DNA of 64,000 nucleotides from Bacteroidales bacterium (GTDB lineage Bacteria; Bacteroidota; Bacteroidia; Bacteroidales; UBA12481): NCBI GenBank assembly GCA_023145515.1, contig JAGLDP010000117.1, positions 1,736 to 65,735 of the forward strand, read 5' to 3'. Shown piece by piece: positions 55,993 to 64,000 of this stretch (position 1 is its first letter; each line of letters starts with the position of its first letter). The notes under the pieces were generated by a model. It saw only the letters and a program-made list of their open reading frames with translations, ran no database searches and was not told where the DNA came from. The position numbers and the translations under genes were made by a program.

Positions 55993-57909
55993 CTATTTAA
56001 GTTTAATAATCACCGTGTCAGATCCAGCCTTTTGTGAAACCACTTTCAGCTCAATCTCAGCTCCTTTTTTTCCTTTGATCAACCATTCATAGCTTTGTTG
56101 CTTACCCGAGCCTTCAAGCTGCTGGAAAAAATTTGTTTTCGCATGTCCTGAAATAATCTGCTCAGGCTTGACTTCAAGTCTTACCATAGTAGGCTTAACA
56201 GATCTTGATGCCACACCATGCATAAGAGCAGTTGGAATCAAGCCCTCATTGCTAATGGTCGCTTTTATTCGAAATAAACCATCTGCATGTTCGATCACCT
56301 CAGTATTCGTTATCTTAACCTTAGCAAACAGGCTACTCAGGTATACCACAAAATCAGTATGGCTACTAACCAAATCAGGAATCAGATCAGGATTAGGATT
56401 AACAATTTCATAAGGAGTGAAACCTCCTACTTCAACATCATCAAAATCGGGGTGATTTACCTTTTCCCAAGGAACAAAACCTTTTATCCCGTTTTTTTCC
56501 AGATAAGAAGAATACTCAGAATCTGTACTCTTAACTGACTTTCGTGCTGATGCAGAACGGCCTGCTGGAGCTCTCTTCATTCCTTGAGAAGATTTTTTTG
56601 CAGTATCCTCATTAGCTGGCAATCCCCATCCAGGCGTTGTTAGTGATAACACCCCATATTGGAAATAACCATACTCAGAAAGAGCTCCCATTGGCGTGCG
56701 AAGAACAGGTGCCGTTTTTATTCCTGATAGTTCTTTGTATTTCTCACTCACCTGAGTGTAATAAGTCAGATCAGCTTTATTATAAGTTGTAGCAGCTTTA
56801 CGAGCAGGTCGCCTTGGCCTGGATGATTCTTGCTGAGAACCTCCTCTTGACATAGAGAAAAACTGTCCCATTCCATAGCGTCCGTAAGAACGCCTTGTGC
56901 TAATCATACCAACTTTGCCAGCCTCCTTATTGGAAGCATTGGCAAAATTAACCAGATCCAGTCCACGATCAGACGATAACTGGCCTTTAGCATTAGGAGG
57001 AGTTATAAGATTATCAGACTGGCTAAAGCTTAGAATAATTCCAATATTTCTTTGCTGAATAATCCAATCCATTACTGCTCTGGTTTCTAGTTCACAAACC
57101 ATATGCAGACCAGCATCTGGCTGATAATAAGGATACTGATGAGCAAAATTTCTATTAATATCTGTGCCGCCAATGGGGTCTTCATTAATAAAACCATCAC
57201 CATCATTGTCTAAGCCTTCCCAGTAAACTTTATATATTCCGGTTTCTCCTTTGCTTGGATCAGCCTTTATAAGAAGATTACTATTCTTTGGATCCAGACA
57301 GTAGATACCTGCAGGATCTTTCACGCGCATCATTGTGATAAATCCATCACCATTAAGATCATCCGGACCATCCTCATCAATCCTTCCGTCATTATCTCCG
57401 TCATAAGGAGTAGAATTGGTTTTTATTCCTGTCTTAACAGATTCAAAAAATGACTCTGCACCATCAGGATTAATTCTTGGAAGGCAATAGATAACATGCT
57501 CATCAAGGCTCTTTGTAATGCCTGCATCATTACCATATCCTTTGATTATTTTTTCAATAATCCCCAGCGACAATTCGCTGCCTATTAAATGATCAGCTTC
57601 AGCATTACCCGAGATCAATATTCCGGGTCGGTCATCCAAACTAATTCCTTTTCTGTTTCCTAAAGTAATCAACCAAATATCTCTGCCGCTTGCAGTCTTT
57701 CCAATACTTTCAAGCTCTGCAATTTTCGGATTTGATTTTACCAGGTTTTTAAGACTAGACGTAATATCCTCATAGTTTTTGTAGGATACCGTTTCCTGGG
57801 CTAGTACAGTACCTGGGATAAGAGATCCTATAATCAGGAAAACACATATAACCAAGAATTTGTAAAATACCCCTTGAGTAATTGATTTTAATCTCACTTT
57901 GACCTCCAT
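55993..57909 (-). CDS. M14-like paralog with degenerate active site (probable non-catalytic peptidase homolog)
   Basis: 638 aa with an N-terminal hydrophobic segment. It aligns by eye to the downstream M14 gene (ELESIGKT.., RINPDG, DINRNF conserved). It has EADH where HGNE is expected, FSQSDN where YHNSGG is expected, and LTTPGW where FSNELW is expected. Confidence 0.75.
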   Translation of the reverse strand: MEVKVRLKSITQGVFYKFLVICVFLIIGSLIPGTVLAQETVSYKNYEDITSSLKNLVKSNPKIAELESIGKTASGRDIWLITLGNRKGISLDDRPGILISGNAEADHLIGSELSLGIIEKIIKGYGNDAGITKSLDEHVIYCLPRINPDGAESFFESVKTGIKTNSTPYDGDNDGRIDEDGPDDLNGDGFITMMRVKDPAGIYCLDPKNSNLLIKADPSKGETGIYKVYWEGLDNDGDGFINEDPIGGTDINRNFAHQYPYYQPDAGLHMVCELETRAVMDWIIQQRNIGIILSFSQSDNLITPPNAKGQLSSDRGLDLVNFANASNKEAGKVGMISTRRSYGRYGMGQFFSMSRGGSQQESSRPRRPARKAATTYNKADLTYYTQVSEKYKELSGIKTAPVLRTPMGALSEYGYFQYGVLSLTTPGWGLPANEDTAKKSSQGMKRAPAGRSASARKSVKSTDSEYSSYLEKNGIKGFVPWEKVNHPDFDDVEVGGFTPYEIVNPNPDLIPDLVSSHTDFVVYLSSLFAKVKITNTEVIEHADGLFRIKATISNEGLIPTALMHGVASRSVKPTMVRLEVKPEQIISGHAKTNFFQQLEGSGKQQSYEWLIKGKKGAEIELKVVSQKAGSDTVIIKLK

Positions 57910-58086
57910 TTTACGTTATTAGTATTGTTTAATTATATGCAATGTACAAACTTCATTTCCCTGCCTTATGCATTACGCATCTAATTAACTTTTTTTAACT
58001 ATGCTTTCAATATTAATAGCTAACTTTATGACAGAGAAAAAGGAAGGAATTCTCTAGTCATTCAGTATCCAGTTAAGTTATTATTC

Positions 58087-59229
58087 ATGAGTCCTCGAAC
58101 TAGTCACATGGGTTTTAAATTACCCGAACCTGACTTTAATAGTCCGGTAACCGATTTGGTAATGGATCTCGAGTTTTTGAAACGAGTAGATCCAATTAAA
58201 AGCACAGAGCACATATTATACCAGCAATTAAGAGAAATATTCAGAGATCTTGATAGCATTGCTTCAGCTAGAATTGATGGAAACAAAACAGGATTAACTA
58301 AGTTTTTAGAATCAAAGCTTGAAAATCCTGAAATTAAAGGCAGGAAAACTGTTGAAATAGACAGGATATCAGAAATTTCTCAACGTATTGAGGAAACAAT
58401 TAATGAAACAGTAATTTATAAAGGTTTCTTTATTGAGTTACACAAACTGCTTCGCGACGGGATAACAAAGGATAGTACTCGCAATATTGGCAAATTCAGA
58501 AGAGATGTAAAAGATGATATTGGTAAGCCTAACAGTTCACCTGAAGCTCACCTGATAGATCCATACCTGACTAAATTAATCTCTCTGTCAAACAAAAAAT
58601 GTCCTTCAAAATATCATCCCCTAAAAATTGCCATGACTCATCACAAGCTTCTTTGGATTCATCCATTCAGAGAAGCAAATGGACTTCTTAGCAGGCTATT
58701 CAGCCATTTCATGCTGATGAAAAATGGTTTCAAAGGTAATTCTGAGCGAATTATTAATCCTAGCTTCTCGCTCGCCTCTGACCCTGAGAAGTACTTATAC
58801 CTTATAAAAAAAGCAGATTCAGGAATAAATAATGATATCATGAACTGGTATGAGTTTGCACTAACAGGATTAAGGGATGATATGAGCAGAATGGATCTTT
58901 TACATAATTATAATTATCTTAAAGAAGAAGTGATTGCCCCAGCGTTAAATCATCCACTTTTTGAACGATTATTTACAGATCAGGATAGACTCATTATGGA
59001 TATAGCTATAGAAAAACAAGTTTTCCAAGCAGCTGATATCAGGGTCTATTTCCCTTCAAAGCATCCGTCAGAAATATCAAAAATGCTCAGATGGCTCAAA
59101 GAAAAAGAATTGATAATTAGTATAGAGGATAACTCAAGGAGGTATGCTGTAAACCTCCAAAATAAATACCTCGTAAAGCAAATAATAGCTAAATTGGATA
59201 AAAAAGGATTTCTTCCTTTCGAAAAATAA
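58087..59229 (+). CDS. Fic/Fido domain protein with non-canonical active-site motif and C-terminal winged-helix-like region
   Basis: 380 aa. HPFREANGLLSR at aa 192-203, against the consensus HxFx(D/E)(G/A)N(G/K)RxxR. N-terminal SARIDG sits where the inhibitory (S/T)xxxE(G/N) motif is found. The start could be ATG 58108. Confidence 0.85.
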   Translation: MSPRTSHMGFKLPEPDFNSPVTDLVMDLEFLKRVDPIKSTEHILYQQLREIFRDLDSIASARIDGNKTGLTKFLESKLENPEIKGRKTVEIDRISEISQRIEETINETVIYKGFFIELHKLLRDGITKDSTRNIGKFRRDVKDDIGKPNSSPEAHLIDPYLTKLISLSNKKCPSKYHPLKIAMTHHKLLWIHPFREANGLLSRLFSHFMLMKNGFKGNSERIINPSFSLASDPEKYLYLIKKADSGINNDIMNWYEFALTGLRDDMSRMDLLHNYNYLKEEVIAPALNHPLFERLFTDQDRLIMDIAIEKQVFQAADIRVYFPSKHPSEISKMLRWLKEKELIISIEDNSRRYAVNLQNKYLVKQIIAKLDKKGFLPFEK

Positions 59230-59251
59230 TTGTTTTCCGCCTTTAAGGCAT

Positions 59252-59259
59252 TATTTTTG
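59252..59259 (+). promoter_or_regulatory. -7 type promoter box TAttTTTG for the S41 peptidase gene
   Basis: 31 nt upstream of ATG 59291. Confidence 0.45.
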
Positions 59260-59290
59260 ATCCAGACAATTGAAAGCATATAATACAATT

Positions 59291-61417
59291 ATGAAGAGGA
59301 GAATTATTATTGCCGGATTACTGGCAACAGTATTACTAATTACTTTTGCATTTAGTCAAAAGCAATCACTTAAGAAGCATACCCAAAAATCTGGTGAAAA
59401 AGAAGTATACTTAACTGAAGCCATAACCCAGTTCCTTTCTTTAAGGCACTATGAACCAGTACAAATTGATGACGATTTCTCAAAAAAGGTCTTCGACCTT
59501 TATATTGAAAGACTCGATTACAACAAGCGATATTTGTTTGCTGATGATATTAAGGAGCTAAACAAATATGAGAATAAGCTTGATGACGAATACCAAGCTC
59601 GTTCATTTGATTTCTTTAATCTCTCTTCTGAGATAATCCAAAAGCGCTTATTAGAGACAAAGGAATACTATACAAAATACTTATCGACTCCATTTGACCT
59701 GAAAATCAATGAATCTATTGATTCTAATCCTGATAATGCCAAATTCCCTGATTCGAAAGAAAAAATGGAAGAAGCATGGAGGAAGTCTCTAAAGTTTCAA
59801 GTACTTGCCCGGGTTGCTGGAAATTTAGCAATACAGGAAAAGGCCGCAGAGAAATCTGATACTGTCAAAATCAAAGATGTTCAAATCTTGGAAGCTGAAG
59901 CACGTGAAGCATTATTGGACACATATAATGATTGGTATGACAGAGTAAAAAAACTGGATCGTGAAGATCGACAAGCAGTGTACCTTAATGCTATGATATC
60001 AGCCTATGACCCTCACTCTACCTTCATGCCTCCAAGAGATAAAGAGAGATTTGATGTGTATATGGCAGGTAAATATGAAGGCATAGGCGCCACTCTTCAG
60101 CAGAAGCAAGGTTACCTTAAAGTGGTTGACATGTTTCCGGGTAGTCCTTCATGGAGAAGTAAGGTAGTTGAAATAGGAGATCTAATAATCAGTGTAGCTC
60201 AGGGAGATGATGAACCTGTAGATATTCTTGATATGAAAATGGAGACAGCTGTGGCGCTAATAAAAGGCCCAAAAGCAACTAAAGTCAGACTGTCACTTAA
60301 AAAAAGAGATGGATCAATAGTCGAAATTAGTCTTATTCGTGATGTCATTATAATGGAGGAAACGTATGCATCTTCATTATTGCTGAATAATCCTGACAAT
60401 AAATCCAAAATAGGATATATCAATCTGCCTAAATTTTATCTGGATTTTGGAGATAGAAATGGAAGAAGATGCTCTAAAGACGTCTTAAGCGAAATCAATA
60501 AGCTAAAGGCTGAGGGTGCAGAAGGTATTATTCTTGACCTGAGAAATAACGGCGGAGGATCTCTTCCTGAAGTAGTTGATATGGCAGGCTTATTTATTGA
60601 AAAAGGTCCTATTGTTCAGGTGAAAACCCGAAATGGAAAACCTGTTGTACTTGATGACAAAGACGGTAAGGTGCATTACGATGGACCATTGGTGGTGATG
60701 ACTAATTACTCTAGTGCTTCAGCTTCTGAAATCTTTGCTGCTGCCATACAAGATTATCACAGAGGAGTGATTGTTGGTAGTCCAAGTACATTTGGTAAAG
60801 GAACTGTTCAAAGAGTAGTAAATATTGACGACTATCTGCCTGCTAAACTAAATTCCATCAAACCTTTTGGAGCACTTTCACTAACAGTACAAAAATATTA
60901 CCGGATAAACGGAAAAACAACTCAGCTTAAAGGAGTAACGCCAGATATCATTCTTCCAGATTCATATCAATATCTTGATATTGGAGAAAAAGAGCAAGCG
61001 TATGCTCTACCATGGGATGAAACTACTATGGCAAAATACTCAGAATGGGAAGATCCTCTTAACTTGAATAGCCTTAATAAAAACAGCAAAAAACGTATCG
61101 CTAAAAGCAACAATTTTGCATTGATTACAAAAAATGCTCTAAGACTAAAAAAAGACAGCGATCGTTCAGTTTTCTCGCTTAATCTTGAGAACTATCAATC
61201 ATTTCTGGAAAAGCGTCAGCAAGAGGCAAAAGAATTCAACAAGCTATTTAAAGAACCAACCGGAATAAAACTGGAAGCACTTCAAAAAGATCTTGCTATT
61301 TTTAAATCTGATACAGCAAAATCTGAAAGAACCTCACGAATGATAGAAGATCTTGGTAAAGATTTTTATCTGTCTGAAGCAATGAACGTAATAACTGAGA
61401 TGATAGGTAATCAATGA
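59291..61417 (+). CDS. S41 family carboxyl-terminal processing (tail-specific) peptidase
   Basis: ORF 59270..61417 (TTG). ATG 59291 follows a TAttTTTG box and gives the signal MKRRIIIAGLLATVLLITFA. PDZ region, RNNGGGS, catalytic SASASEIFAAA and GKGTVQ. Confidence 0.9.
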   Translation: MKRRIIIAGLLATVLLITFAFSQKQSLKKHTQKSGEKEVYLTEAITQFLSLRHYEPVQIDDDFSKKVFDLYIERLDYNKRYLFADDIKELNKYENKLDDEYQARSFDFFNLSSEIIQKRLLETKEYYTKYLSTPFDLKINESIDSNPDNAKFPDSKEKMEEAWRKSLKFQVLARVAGNLAIQEKAAEKSDTVKIKDVQILEAEAREALLDTYNDWYDRVKKLDREDRQAVYLNAMISAYDPHSTFMPPRDKERFDVYMAGKYEGIGATLQQKQGYLKVVDMFPGSPSWRSKVVEIGDLIISVAQGDDEPVDILDMKMETAVALIKGPKATKVRLSLKKRDGSIVEISLIRDVIIMEETYASSLLLNNPDNKSKIGYINLPKFYLDFGDRNGRRCSKDVLSEINKLKAEGAEGIILDLRNNGGGSLPEVVDMAGLFIEKGPIVQVKTRNGKPVVLDDKDGKVHYDGPLVVMTNYSSASASEIFAAAIQDYHRGVIVGSPSTFGKGTVQRVVNIDDYLPAKLNSIKPFGALSLTVQKYYRINGKTTQLKGVTPDIILPDSYQYLDIGEKEQAYALPWDETTMAKYSEWEDPLNLNSLNKNSKKRIAKSNNFALITKNALRLKKDSDRSVFSLNLENYQSFLEKRQQEAKEFNKLFKEPTGIKLEALQKDLAIFKSDTAKSERTSRMIEDLGKDFYLSEAMNVITEMIGNQ

Positions 61418-62649
61418 CAAGCAGAGAAAGAATTTTAGCGGCTGTAAAGCACTCAGAACCCGATCGTGTACCTATTGATTTAGGCGCAACCCCAAGCTCA
61501 GGAATATCAGCTCTTGCCTATCACAATTTGAATAAGTTCATGGGAGAAACTTCAAGCAAAACCATGATCTATGATACCGTGCAAGAACTAGCCCTTCCTG
61601 AGAATCATATTCTTGAGAAGTTCGGAGTTGATGTACTTGATCTGGGAAGAGTGCTGATCGAAGATCCGGAGTATTGGTATGAATTTGACCTAACAGAAAA
61701 CGTAAAAGCATGGTATCCTGAATGGTTCAAGCCAAACAAAAAAAAGGATGGATCATGGGAGGTATATAAAGACAATCTGCTTATTGCCAGAAAACCTCTG
61801 GGTGCAAACTTTTTTGATGGAACATATTATCCATATCAAAATGGATACCCTGACAGTTTCAAAGATCTGGAAACTGAGATGAGCAGAGTTCTTTGGGCGG
61901 CAATGCCCACTCCTCCATGGCATGCTATTGATCAAGATGATTTTTGGAATTCACTTCGACAAAAAGCTATCCATCTGCGTGAAACAACAGGAAAAGCATT
62001 GATAATAGGAGTGGGATGCAATTTATTCGAATGGGGAACTTTCCTTCGTAGAATGGATAATTTCCTAATGGATGTTTATGCTGATCAGGCAAATGTAGAG
62101 CGCCTTCTTGACGCCCTTATGGAAATGCATATGAACTCGCTGTCAAAAGTTTGCCAGCACCTTGGAGATGTAGTCGACTTTGTGAAATTCGGAGATGATC
62201 TGGGAATGGATAGTGGTCCGTTTATGGCTCCTGAATTCTACAGGCAATTGTTCAAGTCTAAACACAAAGAGCTCTGTGATTACACAAAGAAAAATAGCCA
62301 GATGATACCTTTTCTGCATTCGTGTGGATCTATTTATCAACTCCTTCCTGATCTGATCGAAGCTGGGTTTGAAGTCATTAATCCTGTACAAACCAACTGC
62401 TACCAAATGGAACCAGAGCAGTTGAAAAAAGAATTTGGAAAAGATATCTGCTTTTGGGGAGGAGGAATAGATACTCGAACAGTATTAAACCATGGCACCC
62501 CACAAGAAGTAAGAGATCAGGTTAAAAAAAGACTGGATATCTTCATGCCAGGAGGTGGCTTCGTATTTAATACCGTTCACAATATCCTGCCGGATGTGCC
62601 TCCCGAAAATATCCTCGCCATGTATGACGAGGTATTAAAATGGCAATGA
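61414..62649 (+). CDS. uroporphyrinogen decarboxylase (URO-D) family protein, MtaA/CmuA-like, function unknown
   Basis: 411 aa. N-terminus ERILAAVKHSEPDRVPIDLG and a C-terminal TIM-barrel-like region (FLHSCGSIY, GGGFVFNTVHNI) fit the URO-D fold family. ATGA overlap with the S41 stop. Confidence 0.75.
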   Translation: MTSRERILAAVKHSEPDRVPIDLGATPSSGISALAYHNLNKFMGETSSKTMIYDTVQELALPENHILEKFGVDVLDLGRVLIEDPEYWYEFDLTENVKAWYPEWFKPNKKKDGSWEVYKDNLLIARKPLGANFFDGTYYPYQNGYPDSFKDLETEMSRVLWAAMPTPPWHAIDQDDFWNSLRQKAIHLRETTGKALIIGVGCNLFEWGTFLRRMDNFLMDVYADQANVERLLDALMEMHMNSLSKVCQHLGDVVDFVKFGDDLGMDSGPFMAPEFYRQLFKSKHKELCDYTKKNSQMIPFLHSCGSIYQLLPDLIEAGFEVINPVQTNCYQMEPEQLKKEFGKDICFWGGGIDTRTVLNHGTPQEVRDQVKKRLDIFMPGGGFVFNTVHNILPDVPPENILAMYDEVLKWQ

Positions 62650-62650
62650 T

Positions 62651-64000
62651 CTACAAATCTTTATAACTATCAAATTTATCTCTCGTTTTCTGGTCAGACG
62701 GACGAGTCATTTTTACAGAAATAATCTCACCCTCAGGTCCAAATAACATAAAGGTTGGCACTCCTCTAACCTTATAATAAACCAGCATTGCTGATTGCCA
62801 TGCATCTTCTCCAATTATCTGAACACCACCTAGTTCGTTCTCAGGAACATATTTCAGCCATGCATCTTTGTCGCTATCAATTGAATATGACATAAAAACA
62901 ATATTTCTATCATGATAATCAGCCTCTAATTCCTTCAAAAATGGAATTTCATATACGCATGGTCCACACCAGGTTGCCCAAACATCAACATAAAGATATT
63001 TTCCTTTGAAATCAGAAAACTTCACAACATTTCCATCTAAATCATGACCCACAAAATCAAATCCCTGTTCTCCTTCTGCTAACTTTTTCCATGCCTCATA
63101 TTCCTTGTTGAATTCAGCAATCTTTTCTTCGTCTGAACAATTATCAAAGAAGAAATCAATCTCTTCCTGCAATTCAGATATAGCTTTCCATTGCATCCTG
63201 CCAATAACAGTAGAAGTAAGGTAATCCTTGAAAACATCCTTATTAGTAATCATGTCCTTTGCAACCTGCAGATTCAGCAGACTTAAGTTTTTATGCTTTT
63301 CAGGGTCTGCTATTTTTGCTGCCTCTTCTTTAATAACAATTTTGACATAATTTTTAAAGGCAGAAGACGTCGAATATCTAGAGTCATTGATATCTAATTG
63401 ATCCATATAAGAATTATAACTCTCTGGCAATTCAACACTTTCAACTTTAGCATAATATTTATAATATGCCGGATAATTTCCAAGATCTTGTGCCCAGGTA
63501 TAAAGAATATCACCCTCTTCCTGAACCCAGAAAGGATCATTACCATCATCCTTGATCTGCTCGTTCAACAAGCTCTGTTTAAGTGCTAAAAGTGAATCTG
63601 AATATGCTCGATATGCATCCGGATCTTTGGTATACACATCAGAATTAGGCCTTTCAAAATTCCGGGCTTTTTCAACTTTATAGTTATTGATGTCTGAACC
63701 TACTCCAGCAAAAGATAAAGATTCCATGAAATTATCTTTATCAATATATAAATCAAGCTGCATACCAGGAGCGATGTACATTGAATAAAAATCTTTCTCG
63801 CTCATAACGTAATAATTCCCTGGCTTTTCAAGGTCTGCGAAATCATACTCAAACGAATTATCTTCATTAAGCAGAACAGTATCACGAGTTCCACCCGGAC
63901 CACCCAACACAAATAGGCCAGCTTCAAGATTATCTATCATACCAGTAATCTTTGTACCAGGTTCTTCCTGATTGCAGGAAAAAAATAAAGGGAACAATAA
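62651..64000 (-). CDS. TlpA-like thioredoxin-fold thiol-disulfide oxidoreductase lipoprotein; 5' end outside the window
   Basis: ORF 62651..63997 stays open to the window edge. ...LFPLFFSC looks like the end of a lipoprotein signal. C-terminal thioredoxin domain with WATWCGPCVYEIP. Confidence 0.8.
   Translation of the reverse strand, partial: LLFPLFFSCNQEEPGTKITGMIDNLEAGLFVLGGPGGTRDTVLLNEDNSFEYDFADLEKPGNYYVMSEKDFYSMYIAPGMQLDLYIDKDNFMESLSFAGVGSDINNYKVEKARNFERPNSDVYTKDPDAYRAYSDSLLALKQSLLNEQIKDDGNDPFWVQEEGDILYTWAQDLGNYPAYYKYYAKVESVELPESYNSYMDQLDINDSRYSTSSAFKNYVKIVIKEEAAKIADPEKHKNLSLLNLQVAKDMITNKDVFKDYLTSTVIGRMQWKAISELQEEIDFFFDNCSDEEKIAEFNKEYEAWKKLAEGEQGFDFVGHDLDGNVVKFSDFKGKYLYVDVWATWCGPCVYEIPFLKELEADYHDRNIVFMSYSIDSDKDAWLKYVPENELGGVQIIGEDAWQSAMLVYYKVRGVPTFMLFGPEGEIISVKMTRPSDQKTRDKFDSYKDL

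Noticed and set aside
1-64000. Search for CRISPR arrays, tRNA/rRNA genes, IS elements, integrases, phage genes, toxin-antitoxin pairs and known defence-system hallmarks (large ATPases/nucleases, reverse transcriptases, methyltransferase-restriction pairs)
   Set aside because: None was seen. Intergenic gaps are mostly under 200 nt and contain no spaced direct repeats or cloverleaf-like sequences. No ORF translation resembles transposases, recombinases or defence enzymes. The Fic gene is the only accessory-looking gene.

Overview
This is an AT-rich, densely coding 64-kb chromosomal segment (about 55 protein genes, short intergenic gaps). I read it as core genome of a Bacteroidota member, Bacteroidia-like and carrying gliding/T9SS genes. 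Support for that: the conserved block pdxJ / CBS / nadK / DUF6089-like / uppS / bamA / skp / skp / murI; ssb-gldE-gldD; a T9SS C-terminal sorting domain cargo protein; and repeated TAnnTTTG (-7 type) promoter boxes upstream of many genes. Most genes are housekeeping: korA fragment, udk, manA, engB, prs, rplY, pth, hisS, tkt, ychF, rng, dsbD, PBP1A, ssb, HU. There is also one two-component pair and one ECF sigma module. I found no rRNA, tRNA, CRISPR array, transposase, integrase, phage gene or recognisable defence system. I cannot honestly name a clear new system here. The candidates most worth a second look are listed below. (1) A co-directional secreted trio: a catalytically degenerate M14-like protein, an intact M14 carboxypeptidase-like protein (both with Asp-rich calcium-type inserts), and a 1089-aa BNR/VPS10 propeller protein. 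(2) A stand-alone Fic protein whose active-site and inhibitory motifs both deviate from consensus. (3) A 30-codon ultra-basic ORF between HU and RNase G that is absent from the ORF track and resembles bS22/mS38. (4) Three short-period (7-8 bp) tandem arrays abutting stop codons within 6.5 kb, sharing a GAATCAC half-site with a perfect palindrome in another leader. (5) A GGGPS/PcrB-type prenyltransferase overlapping gldD. (6) An orphan MIO-type ammonia-lyase with a long leader. (7) A tightly packed cluster of alkaline-phosphatase-superfamily protein, subtilase and small beta-barrel. All functional calls come from reading the translations; no database search was run.
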